The notes beneath the pieces were generated by a model that was given only the letters and a program-made list of their open reading frames with translations, did no database searches and was not told where the DNA came from. Positions 8,660 through 19,900 of a DNA stretch of 64,000 nucleotides are shown here, in pieces (within the stretch, counting starts at the first letter, position 1; each line of letters opens with the position of its first letter). Both the position numbers and the translations under genes were made by a program. The DNA is taken from NCBI GenBank assembly GCA_964456285.1, contig CAYWBC010000002.1, positions 16,999 to 80,998 on the forward strand. Reading direction: 5' to 3'. The DNA comes from an uncultured Bacteroidales bacterium (GTDB lineage: Bacteria > Bacteroidota > Bacteroidia > Bacteroidales > UBA10428).

Positions 8660-10804
8660 ATGAAAAAACATTTTTTCCTGATACTTGTCTTTTTATTTAC
8701 GTCCTTATGTTCTTATAATCAATACTTTACTGTTGAAGACATTGAAACTGGCAGGAAATCCTACCTTAAACCTGCTGATTATGATAATCTTCAATGGAGC
8801 CATTCTGCAATGAGTTTAGTTTTTTCTCATGGCGATAGTCTTTTTGAAAAAGATATAAAAGGGAAGGATAAACATTTGTTATTGGATTTGAATCAACTGA
8901 ATGATATTCTATCTAAATACAATAAGAAAGCTCTTTCAGCTTTTCCCTCGATCAGAACTCTTTCTAAAAACAGAATCGCTTTTTTGAACTCTACTGATTA
9001 CTATGTTTTTGATCTTGAAAAAAAAGATATTGACAAATTATTTGAACTGCCTTCTGGTTCAGAAAATGCTTCTTTGAGCCCTGATACTAAGCACCTATGT
9101 TTCACTTGTGAGAACAATGTATGGATACAGGATGAGAGTGGAAATCAATTTCAGATTACCAGAGATTCTATTGATGGAATAACAAATGGAGAAATAGTTT
9201 ATAGGAATGAATTTGGAATAAAGGAAGGTATTTTTTGGTCGCCTCAGGGCAGTAGACTAGCTTTTTACAGAAGAGATCAGACACAGGTAAGCAAATACCC
9301 TTTGATTGATTATAATACCAAAATTGCTGAAACAAAATTTATCAGGTATCCATTGTCAGGAATGAAGAGCGAAGAGACGGATGTGTTGGTATATTCTATC
9401 GAGGATAAATCTGTTGTAAAACTACAGGTAAAGGGAGATCATGAACAATACCTGACAAACCTTAGCTGGACACCCGACGAAAAATCTATTTATTTACAGC
9501 AATTGAACAGAGAACAGGATAGAATGAAATTGAAAAGCTATAGCGCTCAAACTGGTGCTTTGATATCGGAATTGTTCACTGAAACAGATGATCGCTATAT
9601 TGAGCCCCTAAATTCTCTTGCTTTTTCGATGGTTTCACCTGGCGATTTTTTCTACCAGAGCGAGAAATCTGGGTACAACCATCTTTATTATTACAACTCC
9701 GAAAAAGAAACCCTGGAAAGTATTACTGAAGGAAGTTGGGAAGTCACAGAATTTCTTGGCTTTGATGAAAGTGAGCATGCTATTTATTTTATGGCAACAA
9801 AAGAGGGCCCTCTTGAAAATCATTGTTATCGGTTGACTAGGGACAATATGGAGATTACCAGATTGACAAACGAAGAAGGCAGTCATGAAGTTATATTCAA
9901 TAAGAATATGAGTTATTTTATTGATAGATTTTCCAATTATACTGTTCCGAACAAGATATTGGTATCAAAAAATGATGGAGAGTTAGTTCATGAATTGCTT
10001 GTTTCTGATAATCCCATCGAGGATTATTCACTTGGCAAAACTGAAAGAGGAACAATTTTGGCTGCTGATGATAGTACTGAATTATACTATCGTCTTATAA
10101 AACCAACAGATTTTGATCCTGAAAAGAAATATCCCTTGCTGATTTATGTTTATGGAGGATCTCATGTTCAACTACTTACCAATTCATGGCTTGACAGAAT
10201 AGAATATTTCCAGCAATACATGGCTCAACATGGATTTATTTCTTTCACTCTTGATTGCCGCGGGTCAGATAATAGGGGTAAAGATTTTGAAGATATTGTT
10301 TACCGGCAACTTGGAATTCCCCAACTTGATGATCAGATGGCAGGAGTTAATTATCTTAAATCGCTTCCATATATTGATACAAATCGCATTGGTGTGCATG
10401 GTTGGAGTTTCGGCGGGTACATGACTATATCAATGATGTTGAAGTATCCTGACGTCTTCAAAACAGGTGTCGCCGGTGGACCGGTAATTGACTGGCGGTA
10501 TTATGAGGTAATGTATACTGAGCGCTACATGGATAAACCCTCAGAAAATATTGATGGCTATAATAAGTCAGATTTGAAAAACTATGCTGACAAGCTTGCG
10601 GGAGATTTGCTAATTATTCATGGGGTTCAGGATCCGGTAGTTATCTGGCAGCAAAGCATTCTATTTTTACAGGCTTGTATTGATGCTGATGTATTTGTCG
10701 ATTATTTTATTTATCCAGGCCAGGAGCACAATGTTGCTGGAGAAGAAAGGGTTTATCTTACCCGGCAAATTACCAACTATTTCATTGAACATCTTTCACA
10801 TTAA
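8660..10804 (+). CDS. dipeptidyl-peptidase IV family S9B serine peptidase
   Basis: Signal peptide starts at the ATG at 8660 (MKKHFFLILVFLF). DPPIV N-terminal propeller region. Nucleophile GWSFGGYMT, IHGVQDPVV, GQEHNV. The track's start at 8597 is probably too early. Confidence 0.9.
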   Translation: MKKHFFLILVFLFTSLCSYNQYFTVEDIETGRKSYLKPADYDNLQWSHSAMSLVFSHGDSLFEKDIKGKDKHLLLDLNQLNDILSKYNKKALSAFPSIRTLSKNRIAFLNSTDYYVFDLEKKDIDKLFELPSGSENASLSPDTKHLCFTCENNVWIQDESGNQFQITRDSIDGITNGEIVYRNEFGIKEGIFWSPQGSRLAFYRRDQTQVSKYPLIDYNTKIAETKFIRYPLSGMKSEETDVLVYSIEDKSVVKLQVKGDHEQYLTNLSWTPDEKSIYLQQLNREQDRMKLKSYSAQTGALISELFTETDDRYIEPLNSLAFSMVSPGDFFYQSEKSGYNHLYYYNSEKETLESITEGSWEVTEFLGFDESEHAIYFMATKEGPLENHCYRLTRDNMEITRLTNEEGSHEVIFNKNMSYFIDRFSNYTVPNKILVSKNDGELVHELLVSDNPIEDYSLGKTERGTILAADDSTELYYRLIKPTDFDPEKKYPLLIYVYGGSHVQLLTNSWLDRIEYFQQYMAQHGFISFTLDCRGSDNRGKDFEDIVYRQLGIPQLDDQMAGVNYLKSLPYIDTNRIGVHGWSFGGYMTISMMLKYPDVFKTGVAGGPVIDWRYYEVMYTERYMDKPSENIDGYNKSDLKNYADKLAGDLLIIHGVQDPVVIWQQSILFLQACIDADVFVDYFIYPGQEHNVAGEERVYLTRQITNYFIEHLSH

Positions 10805-10833
10805 AAACGCAGAACTTATTAATAATCAATAAA

Positions 10834-12711
10834 ATGATACTTCATTATTCCTCAAATCAAAATTATCATGAAACGGAAGTTGCGGGTACGCTAAATAATA
10901 AAAGGCTTTTTAAGTGGATAAAAGCTCAACTGACATTGTCCATTTACTTGATCCTCGCAGTAGTATTGCTTGCAACTTGCAACAATTCTCAATCTTCGAA
11001 TTCGGTAATAAAGTTGCCTGAGAATAAAGCAAATAATGTTAATCCTGACACACAACTTAAGCTTACTTTCTCCGGAGAGCCCATTTTAGGCAATTCAGGA
11101 AAGATTCGCATTTATGATGCTGCCGATGACAGACTTGTTGATTCACTGGATTTGAGCATCCCCCCGGGACCGACTACTCCGAATAGGAAAAGGGTTCCCT
11201 ATATTACTACTCCTTACGAGTATGGATCAGAATACTTTACCAACGCAAATATTAAACCGGGAACTCCATCGGGTGGTGCGCTTCCCAATCCTGATTCCTT
11301 TCAGCTTACAATCATCGGAGGTTTTACAGATGCATTTCATTTTTACCCTGTAATCATTGAAAATACTACTGCCAGGATATACTCTCACAACAATATTCTT
11401 GACTATAACAAAACCTATTACATACAAATCGATCCGGGAGTATTAATCCTTCCTGACAGTAGCTTCCCCGGGATCATGGGGAAAGAAGAATGGACATTTT
11501 CAACAAAAAAGGCACCCCCTCCTGCCAATGCAAGTTTACTCGTGGTATCAGGAGATGGCACAGGTGATTTTAGTACAGTACAGGGTGCTATCGATTTCAT
11601 CCCGGACCACAATCCCAATCGTATTACTATTTTTATAAAAAATGGAACTTATGAGGAGATCGTTTATTTCCGAAACAAGTCTAATGTTACATTTTTGGGT
11701 GAGGATATGGATAAAGTTATAGTATGTTACAAGAATAACGAAGTGTTTAATCCACATCCGGCAAATATAGCCACTAACGAATGGCCAGGTACTTTTCCTT
11801 CTCGTCGCGCAGCTTTTATGGGAGACAATTCAAGTGGCATTCACCTTGTCAATTTTACTATAAAATCTATCAACGAAGAGCCAGCTCAGGCTGAAGGACT
11901 TCTTCTGATGGGTCAGCAGAATATTATAAGCAATGTCATTATTGAAGGCTCAGGAGATGCCTTGCAGGTCAACGGCTCAGTATATCTGAGTCATACTAAA
12001 ATTACAGGATTAGGAGATAATGTGCTTGGACGCGGACCAGCGTTCTTCAATAATTGCAAACTCATTTCAACAGGCGGTCCTCATATGTGGATTCGAAACA
12101 CAGAGGCGAACCACGGTAATATCTTTCTAAATTGCAAATTTAAAATGGCTGGTCCAGGCAGCACATACATTGCCCGAACATCAGACAACAAAGGCAAGGG
12201 TTATCCATACTGCGAGTCGGTTTTACTCAATTGTGCCCTGGATGGCATTGATCCTGTGGGATGGGGTGTGGAAGGTAATAATACTTCCAACATTCATTAT
12301 TGGGAGTATAACAGTACCAATATAAGCGATGGTAAACCTATTGATGTTAGCCAACGGCATCCTATTTCCAGGCGATTGACTATGGAGAATGATTCAGCAA
12401 TTATTGCCAACTATAGTAATCCTACTTTTGTTCTTGGTGGCTGGACTCCAAAAATGGCTCCCATTATTCTTTCGCAACCGGATTCCAAAGAGGCTAAAAA
12501 TGGCCAGGCAATTGATTTCAGGGTAAAAGTGGCTGCCGTACCAGAGGCCACCTATCAATGGTTTAAAGATGGACAGATTATTGATGGTGAAACTAATTCA
12601 GTTCTAAGCATAGATTCTGTTAGTCCTGATGATGAAGCTAACTATAGTGTTTCTGTTAAGAACAACTCAGGAAAAGTGACAAGCCACATTGCAACTTTAG
12701 AGATTTTGTAA
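10834..12711 (+). CDS. CE8 pectinesterase-like lipoprotein with C-terminal Ig (I-set-like) domain
   Basis: LLATC lipobox. Pectinesterase pattern VVSGDGTGDFSTVQGAIDFIP...IFIKNGTYEE, QAEGLLL, GSGDALQ, GLGDNVLGRG. C-terminus YQWFKDGQIIDGETNSVLSIDSVSPDDEANYSVSVKN. Confidence 0.7.
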   Translation: MILHYSSNQNYHETEVAGTLNNKRLFKWIKAQLTLSIYLILAVVLLATCNNSQSSNSVIKLPENKANNVNPDTQLKLTFSGEPILGNSGKIRIYDAADDRLVDSLDLSIPPGPTTPNRKRVPYITTPYEYGSEYFTNANIKPGTPSGGALPNPDSFQLTIIGGFTDAFHFYPVIIENTTARIYSHNNILDYNKTYYIQIDPGVLILPDSSFPGIMGKEEWTFSTKKAPPPANASLLVVSGDGTGDFSTVQGAIDFIPDHNPNRITIFIKNGTYEEIVYFRNKSNVTFLGEDMDKVIVCYKNNEVFNPHPANIATNEWPGTFPSRRAAFMGDNSSGIHLVNFTIKSINEEPAQAEGLLLMGQQNIISNVIIEGSGDALQVNGSVYLSHTKITGLGDNVLGRGPAFFNNCKLISTGGPHMWIRNTEANHGNIFLNCKFKMAGPGSTYIARTSDNKGKGYPYCESVLLNCALDGIDPVGWGVEGNNTSNIHYWEYNSTNISDGKPIDVSQRHPISRRLTMENDSAIIANYSNPTFVLGGWTPKMAPIILSQPDSKEAKNGQAIDFRVKVAAVPEATYQWFKDGQIIDGETNSVLSIDSVSPDDEANYSVSVKNNSGKVTSHIATLEIL

Positions 12712-12862
12712 AACAAAGATGATAAACCAGAAAAGACTTCTTTTATCTTTGGGGTATAAAATTCGAGATAGGATTTTTAAAAACCTGTTATAAATTAGTA
12801 TTCAGCCTGTAGTCCTTTTTATTAGCATGTTGTATTTCATATAAAACCTAAATACTATTATT

Positions 12863-13777
12863 ATGAGAAAATACTTTTTCATTGGTCTTTGCCTGTTAAT
12901 AAATATTAATGCCTGTTTTGGTCAGGAAATTATACCTCTCTGGTCGGGAAATATTCCAAATCACCGGGAAACTGATGAAGTTGAAACTCAAAGAAATGAA
13001 AATATTTTATGGATTGAAAATGTGCAGGAACCAAGCCTTGAGATTTATCTGCCAACAAAACAAAATGCAACAGGAAAGGCTGTGGTGATATGTCCTGGAG
13101 GAGGATACCAGGGTTTGGCGTATGATTGGGAAGGTACCGACTTTGCAAAATTTTTAAATTCTAAAGGAATTGCAGCATTTGTTTTAAAATATAGATTACC
13201 AAAGTCAAAATCTATAATTTCAGGACACAAAGCTCCATTACAAGACGCCCAAAGAGCAATAAGGCTGGTTAGATTTAATTCTGAGAAATGGAATGTGTCC
13301 AGAAACCAAATCGGAATTATGGGTTTTTCGGCTGGTGGCCACTTAGCCTCAACATTGGGGACACATTACGATGATTATAAAGATTCTTTGCCGGACAATA
13401 TAGACTCATTGAGTGCACGACCTGATTTTATGATCTTGATATATCCGGTTATTACAATGAAGTCTATATATACACATGAAGGTTCAAGAAATAATTTGTT
13501 AGGTGATAAGCCTGAACAGGAATTAATAGATTTTTATTCAAATGAGCTTCATGTAAATAAAAATACTCCTCCGACTTTTATTGTTCATTCATCAGATGAT
13601 GACGTCGTTCCAGTAATGAATAGCATTTTATTTTATCAGGCTTTGGCAAAGGAGAAAATTTATTCAGAAATGCACATTTATCCGGAAGGAGGACATGGAT
13701 ATTCACTGGCAATAGGAAAGGGCCATTTACAAACATGGACTGATCGTCTTTCTGAATGGATTGAAAGTCTGAAATAA
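12863..13777 (+). CDS. secreted alpha/beta-hydrolase esterase (fold-3 / carbohydrate-esterase-like)
   Basis: Signal peptide. Oxyanion CPGGGY, nucleophile elbow GFSAGGHLAS, HSSDDDVVP, EGGHGY. Confidence 0.8.
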   Translation: MRKYFFIGLCLLININACFGQEIIPLWSGNIPNHRETDEVETQRNENILWIENVQEPSLEIYLPTKQNATGKAVVICPGGGYQGLAYDWEGTDFAKFLNSKGIAAFVLKYRLPKSKSIISGHKAPLQDAQRAIRLVRFNSEKWNVSRNQIGIMGFSAGGHLASTLGTHYDDYKDSLPDNIDSLSARPDFMILIYPVITMKSIYTHEGSRNNLLGDKPEQELIDFYSNELHVNKNTPPTFIVHSSDDDVVPVMNSILFYQALAKEKIYSEMHIYPEGGHGYSLAIGKGHLQTWTDRLSEWIESLK

Positions 13778-14040
13778 CAGGATATGATAAGATAAATTGA
13801 GTTTTTTCCTCATCGTCTTTTTTTTTATCCCCGTTCGGTATAGTCTCCAGACTATCTTGTTGCTAAAAGGTAGTCAGTGACTGCCAATAGACAAGATGTT
13901 TTTCAATCCTGCTAAAATAGCAGTATAGCATGAATTCAACCTGACAAAAAGACAATTAAAGTACTGGTTAACATGCCATTATGGCGTTTATATATTTTGG
14001 CTGAGAATTTGACGATCCCCTCAGAAAGGAGATAAATAGT

Positions 14041-16629
14041 ATGAACTTAAATAATTTTACAATAAAGTCACAGGAAGTAATTCAGGAGGGATTCCTGATT
14101 GCTCAGGAGAATGGTAACCAGTCTGTTGAAACCGGTCACCTTTTGAAAGGATTATTGCTGAAAGGGAATGGAATAGCCGATTTTATCTTTAAAAAGGTAG
14201 GTGCAAACGGACCTGTGATTGAACAAGTTTTGGAAAAAATTCTGAATTCCTATCCTAAAGTTTCGGGAGGAGAGCAATATCTTTCTGCAAATGCATCCAA
14301 AGCTGTGCAGAATGCTTTAAACCTCAGTAAGAAAAAAGGGGATCAATATGTTTCAGTTGAAAACCTATTATCGGGGCTATTGACTGTAGGTGATGATGTT
14401 TCTCAATTGTTGAAAGACAACGGATTATCTAAAACTGAGGTTGATAAAGCGATTGAAGAATTGCGACAAAATGTTTCTGCAGATTCTGCTTCAGCTGAAG
14501 ATTCATACAATGCCCTTGATAAGTATGCAATTAATTTGAATGATAGTGCCCGAAAAGGAAAACTTGATCCTGTTATTGGTCGCGACGAAGAAATACGGAG
14601 AATTTTACAGATTCTCTCTCGAAGAACAAAGAACAATCCAATTTTAATAGGTGAACCAGGTGTAGGGAAAACAGCTATTGCTGAAGGCTTGGCGCATCGT
14701 ATTGTCTCTGGTGATGTGCCTGAAAACCTGAAATCGAAACAAGTATATTCATTGGATATGGGAGCCCTGATAGCCGGAGCAAAATACAAGGGAGAGTTTG
14801 AGGAAAGACTAAAAGGAGTGATAAAGGAAGTAATCCATTCTGATGGAGAGATCATTTTGTTTATCGATGAGATACATACGCTTGTAGGAGCCGGTAAATC
14901 TGAAGGAGCCATGGATGCAGCGAATATCTTAAAACCGGCACTTGCCAGGGGAGAATTAAGAGCAGTGGGAGCTACAACACTAGGTGAATATCAAAAGTAT
15001 TTTGAAAAAGATAAGGCCCTGGAAAGAAGGTTTCAGATAGTAAATGTTCAGGAACCAGACAATTTGAGTGCAATCTCAATTTTAAGAGGACTGAAAGAAA
15101 GGTATGAAACACATCATAAGGTACGTATTAAAGATGAAGCAATTATCGCTGCTGTTGAATTATCCTCAAGGTATATTACTGAAAGATTCTTGCCTGATAA
15201 AGCAATTGATTTGATTGATGAAGCTGCATCAAAAATGAGAATTGAGATGGATTCTCTTCCTCAGGAAATAGATGAGATCGAAAGAAAAATAAAACAAATT
15301 GAGATTGAAAGAGAGGCTTTGAAACGTGAGGGGGATAAAAATAAAATGGATGATTTGGCTAAAGAAATAGCAAATTTGGGAGAGGAAAGAGATAAAATGA
15401 GGGCAAAATGGAAGGCTGAAAAAGAAATAATAGAGAATATTCAAACTAACAAAGCGGCAATCGAAGAATATAAACTGGAAGCAGATCAGGCAGAAAGAGC
15501 AGGGGATTATGGCAAAGTTGCCGAATTAAGATACGGTAAAGTGAAAGAGGCTGAAGATAATATTGAAAAATTGAAAATCCAGTTAAATGCAAAGCAAAAA
15601 GACCAGATAATGATCAAGGAGGAGGTAACTTCAGAAGATATTGCTGAAATAGTATCACGCTGGACAGGGATCCCGGTAAGCAAAATGCTTGAAACCGAGA
15701 AAGTTAAGCTTCTGAATCTTGAGAAACAATTGCACGAAAGAGTGGTAGGGCAAAATGAAGCAATACAAGCAGTAGCTGATGCTGTTAGAAGAAGCAGAGC
15801 CGGACTTCAGGATGAATCCAAACCTATCGGATCTTTCATTTTTCTGGGTACTACAGGTGTTGGAAAAACTGAATTGGCCAAAGCATTGGCAGAAGTTTTA
15901 TTCAATGATGATAACCTTATTACCCGAATTGATATGTCTGAATATCAGGAAAGACATTCGGTATCGCGATTAATTGGCGCACCTCCTGGATATGTTGGTT
16001 ATGACGAAGGAGGTCAATTAACTGAATCGGTCAGAAGAAAACCTTATTCCGTAGTACTTCTTGATGAGATCGAAAAAGCACATCCTGATGTATTTAATAT
16101 TCTGCTCCAGGTCCTTGATGACGGTCGACTGACTGATAATAAGGGTAGGGTAGTGAATTTTAAGAATACAATTATTATAATGACTTCCAATATAGGGTCG
16201 CATCTAATTCAGGAGAAACTGAATAATTCTTCTGCAAAAAATAGAAGCGCATTGCTGGAGGAAATAAAAAAACAGGTATTTGAACTTATGCGTAAAATGA
16301 TTCGTCCTGAATTTCTGAACAGAATAGATGAAGTGATTATGTTCACTCCTTTAAATGCAGAAGAGATCAAAGATATTGTACGACTACAGATAAATCAAAC
16401 ACAGAAAAAACTGGATAAAATCCAGGTGAAAATTAAAGTCACTGAAGAGGCTATAGACCTGATAAGCAAGGTAGGTTTTGACCCGCTCTTTGGCGCACGG
16501 CCAATAAAAAGAATTATTCAGAGGGAACTTCTCAATAAGCTATCAAAGGAAATATTGGCAAATACAATATCGAAAACTAAGACAATTGTGGTGGATAGAG
16601 AAAAGGATGAGCTGATTTTAAAAAATTAA
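14041..16629 (+). CDS. clpB: ATP-dependent chaperone/disaggregase ClpB
   Basis: 862 aa. Clp N domain, two AAA+ modules (GEPGVGKTAI, GTTGVGKTEL), long coiled-coil middle domain. No ClpP-binding loop recognised. Confidence 0.97.
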   Translation: MNLNNFTIKSQEVIQEGFLIAQENGNQSVETGHLLKGLLLKGNGIADFIFKKVGANGPVIEQVLEKILNSYPKVSGGEQYLSANASKAVQNALNLSKKKGDQYVSVENLLSGLLTVGDDVSQLLKDNGLSKTEVDKAIEELRQNVSADSASAEDSYNALDKYAINLNDSARKGKLDPVIGRDEEIRRILQILSRRTKNNPILIGEPGVGKTAIAEGLAHRIVSGDVPENLKSKQVYSLDMGALIAGAKYKGEFEERLKGVIKEVIHSDGEIILFIDEIHTLVGAGKSEGAMDAANILKPALARGELRAVGATTLGEYQKYFEKDKALERRFQIVNVQEPDNLSAISILRGLKERYETHHKVRIKDEAIIAAVELSSRYITERFLPDKAIDLIDEAASKMRIEMDSLPQEIDEIERKIKQIEIEREALKREGDKNKMDDLAKEIANLGEERDKMRAKWKAEKEIIENIQTNKAAIEEYKLEADQAERAGDYGKVAELRYGKVKEAEDNIEKLKIQLNAKQKDQIMIKEEVTSEDIAEIVSRWTGIPVSKMLETEKVKLLNLEKQLHERVVGQNEAIQAVADAVRRSRAGLQDESKPIGSFIFLGTTGVGKTELAKALAEVLFNDDNLITRIDMSEYQERHSVSRLIGAPPGYVGYDEGGQLTESVRRKPYSVVLLDEIEKAHPDVFNILLQVLDDGRLTDNKGRVVNFKNTIIIMTSNIGSHLIQEKLNNSSAKNRSALLEEIKKQVFELMRKMIRPEFLNRIDEVIMFTPLNAEEIKDIVRLQINQTQKKLDKIQVKIKVTEEAIDLISKVGFDPLFGARPIKRIIQRELLNKLSKEILANTISKTKTIVVDREKDELILKN

Positions 16630-16802
16630 ATCGCTTGTATTGATAATTGCAGGTTTTAGAGACGCTATAAAAAAGAGCAAAATTTATTTTTATCCTGTTG
16701 GAATATTTTAGGACAATACACTCTTGAAACCAACTGCCTTAACTACCTCCAAATAAACTTTAGAAATATATTTTTACATATCAATTTTACTTATTACGAA
16801 AT

Positions 16803-16845
16803 AACCAGGATTTTGACATACTTAGAGCAATCCCTGGTTGTTTTT
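16803..16845 (+). terminator. terminator-like hairpin ~175 nt downstream of clpB
   Basis: AACCAGG (16803-16809) pairs with CCTGGTT (16833-16839); extra ATT/AAT pairs across a 1-nt bulge. Followed by GTTTTTCTTT. Confidence 0.45.
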
Positions 16846-16940
16846 CTTTGTTCCTGAAAAAAATACCTGCAAGACTATGTAAATCGAATATTTGCTAACT
16901 TTTATTATTCTTAAAAAGAAAAAAATCGTAATTTAAATAA

Positions 16941-19900
16941 ATGTTGAAAAGAATAAGTAATAAATTTTTAATTCGAAATAATCGATTCATTGGGATACTG
17001 TTTACCTTGATTATGGGATTAATATTGCTTATATCAATTCCACTTCATGGCCAGTATAAAAATATGCAATTCGAATCGTTTAACGAAACGAATGGTTTAT
17101 CAAACAATAATGTAAATTGTATATTGAAAGATGCTGAAGGTTTCATCTGGGTAGGTACCGATAATGGCTTAAATCGATTTGATGGATACAATTTTACATC
17201 TTATGTTAATAATTCTGACGACTCAACCAGTCTGATCCATAATCATGTGCTGACTTTATTTCTGGCAAGTGATTCTACGCTTTGGGTAGGAACGCAATAT
17301 GGCATGTGCCGTTTCCAGAAGGAATATAATAATTTCGTCCAGATTCATGAGAGGTATATAGATGGTTTTACTAGAGGGTTTTTTGAAGATCAGAATGGAC
17401 AAGTGTATGCGGTACTCGACCGGGGAGAAATTTTTTCTTTAAAGGATAATAGACTTACCTCAAAACATAATGCAAATATATATGCACACTGTTACCTAAA
17501 AGGCAATGATGATATTCACTGGTTTGGAGTAGAAGACGGAATATGCAAATATTACGCCAGTAAAGACTCTCTGGTAAATTTTTCTTTAAGAAGATATAAT
17601 TCCGGGGAGAAAGTTGCTGTTTTTGCTCTTCAGGAATATAATAATAAATTATGGATAGGTACTCGTGGGTTTGGAGTATTCCTATTTGATTTGAGTTCAA
17701 ATCAAATCACACATCTTGATGAGAGTCTCGATTTTATTAAAACCATCGAGAAAGACAATCATGGATTAATATTTATTGGCAATACAATTGGATTGAAAGT
17801 TTATAACCAGGATTACAAAATGCTGGGTAGCTATAAGCCATTTAAAAAGTATAATCAGCAGGAAATTGATAATTCTGTTGAGGCTATATATTCAGATAAA
17901 CAGGGTAATTTATGGCTGGGTGTAAAATTCAGAGGTATTCAGATGGCTTATCCTCAAAAAGGTTTCCACAGTCTTAAGGAAGCCTTAGTTGCAAAAGTTT
18001 CACAAGAAGTGACTGTTGCTTCTGTACTGGCCGATGATGACCAGAACATTTGGTTAGGCTCCTTTAATAATGGTATTTTAAAACTAAACCTAAGAAGTGG
18101 TAAATCGGAGTATATTCCCTGCGCTGAAGGTGGATCCTCTGGTCTTCAATGTGGGACTGTATTTGAATTATTTCGTGATAAGAATTTGAACATCTGGATT
18201 GGAAGCTATTTTGGAGGCTTGCAAAAATTAATTCCGGAAACAAAGCAGGTAATCCATTATTCTCTTAACCATATTGACAAAAATGAACAGAGCTTAAAGG
18301 ATATCCGATCGATATGTGAGGATTATGAAGGGAATTATTGGATTGCTCCTCAAGGCAATGGCTTGATAAAATGGAATATGAATACAGGTGAATATGAACA
18401 GTTCCTGAATAATTACAACGACTCGTCAAGTCTTTGTAGTAATTGGGTTTTTCATGTAATTTGTGATAGTATGGGCTATATCTGGTGTGCCACCTCCAGT
18501 GGTCTTTCAGTGACTCGCAATAATGGGAAAACCTTTGAGAATTATTATCACAAATCTAATAATTCATCAAAACTCCTGAGCAATGAGGTTTTTACTGTAT
18601 TTGAGGATTCAAATAATCAAATATGGGTGGGAACCAGGAAAGGAATTAGTAAGTACAGAAAAGAATCGAATGATTTTATTCATTACACTTCAAAAGATGG
18701 TTTAATCAATGATTTTATCTGTGCCATTCAGGAAGATCATAATGGTTTATTATGGATATCAACTATGGAAGGTCTTTCCTGTTTTAATCCAAAAACAATT
18801 GAATTTAAAAATTATGATATGAGTGATGATTTCCCCAGCAATGAATTTATGGAAAATTCCTGTGCAATCACTCCATCAGGATATTTAATCTTTGGCGGCA
18901 TAAATGGCGGAATATGGTTTCATCCCGACTCCATTACTGAAAATAAGTTTCCTCCTAAGGTAAAACTAACTGATTTTAAGATCTTTAATCAGTCTGTTCC
19001 AATCAAGCCCAACGACAAAAATGCAGTACTAAATAAAGATATACAATACACCAGGAACCTGACGATTGATCACAAGCAAAAAATGATATCATTTGATTTT
19101 GTTGCTCTTAGTTTTGTGCATCCTGAGCAAAATAAATATGCATACAAACTGGAAAATTTTGATAATGATTGGATTAACGCAAATGACAAACGTGAAGCTA
19201 CTTATACCAGCTTGCCCCCTGGGAAATATATTTTTCGGGTCAAAGCAGCCAATAATGATGGGTATTGGAACAACGAAGGAGCGTCCGTTCAAATCACGGT
19301 ATTACCTTCCCCATGGAAGACCTGGTGGTTCCGTCTAATTGTAATTATTCTATTTCTTTCTATTACATTTTTAATTTATTATTTACGCGTTCAAAGAATG
19401 CGTGCCATTAACCTTACATTGGAAGACCTTGTGGATCAAAGGACCAAAGAACTTCAGACAATGAATATGAAACTTCAGGAACTCAATGCTACAAAAGACA
19501 AGCTTTTTTCCATAATTGGTCATGATCTCATGAACCCAATCAATACAATAAATGGATTCTCAGAATTATACATCAATTCATATCAAAAACTTTCTGATGA
19601 GAAAAAATGGAGTTACATGAGTCATATCCATACAGAAGTGAATAAAACAATTGATTTGCTGGATGGACTGCTTAACTGGGCAAGATCGAAAAGTGGGACG
19701 CTAGCCTTTAATCCCAAAAAAATTAACCTACACAATTTGATCGAGGTTAATATTACTTTTAATAAGCAAGCAGCGGACAAGAAGAAAATACGAATACAAA
19801 GTGAAATAGACGAAGAATATATTATTGCTCTGGGCGATGAGAATATGATTAATACAGTACTGCGAAATCTGATTTCCAATGCCATAAAATTTACTCCAAA

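Noticed and set aside
13778-14040. CIRCE (HrcA operator) upstream of clpB
   Set aside because: No TTAGCACTC-N9-GAGTGCTAA-like element found on either strand.
14403-14912. 169-aa antisense ORF inside clpB
   Set aside because: It lies entirely opposite a strongly supported conserved gene. Low-complexity Ser/Pro/Ile-rich translation typical of shadow frames; no start context.
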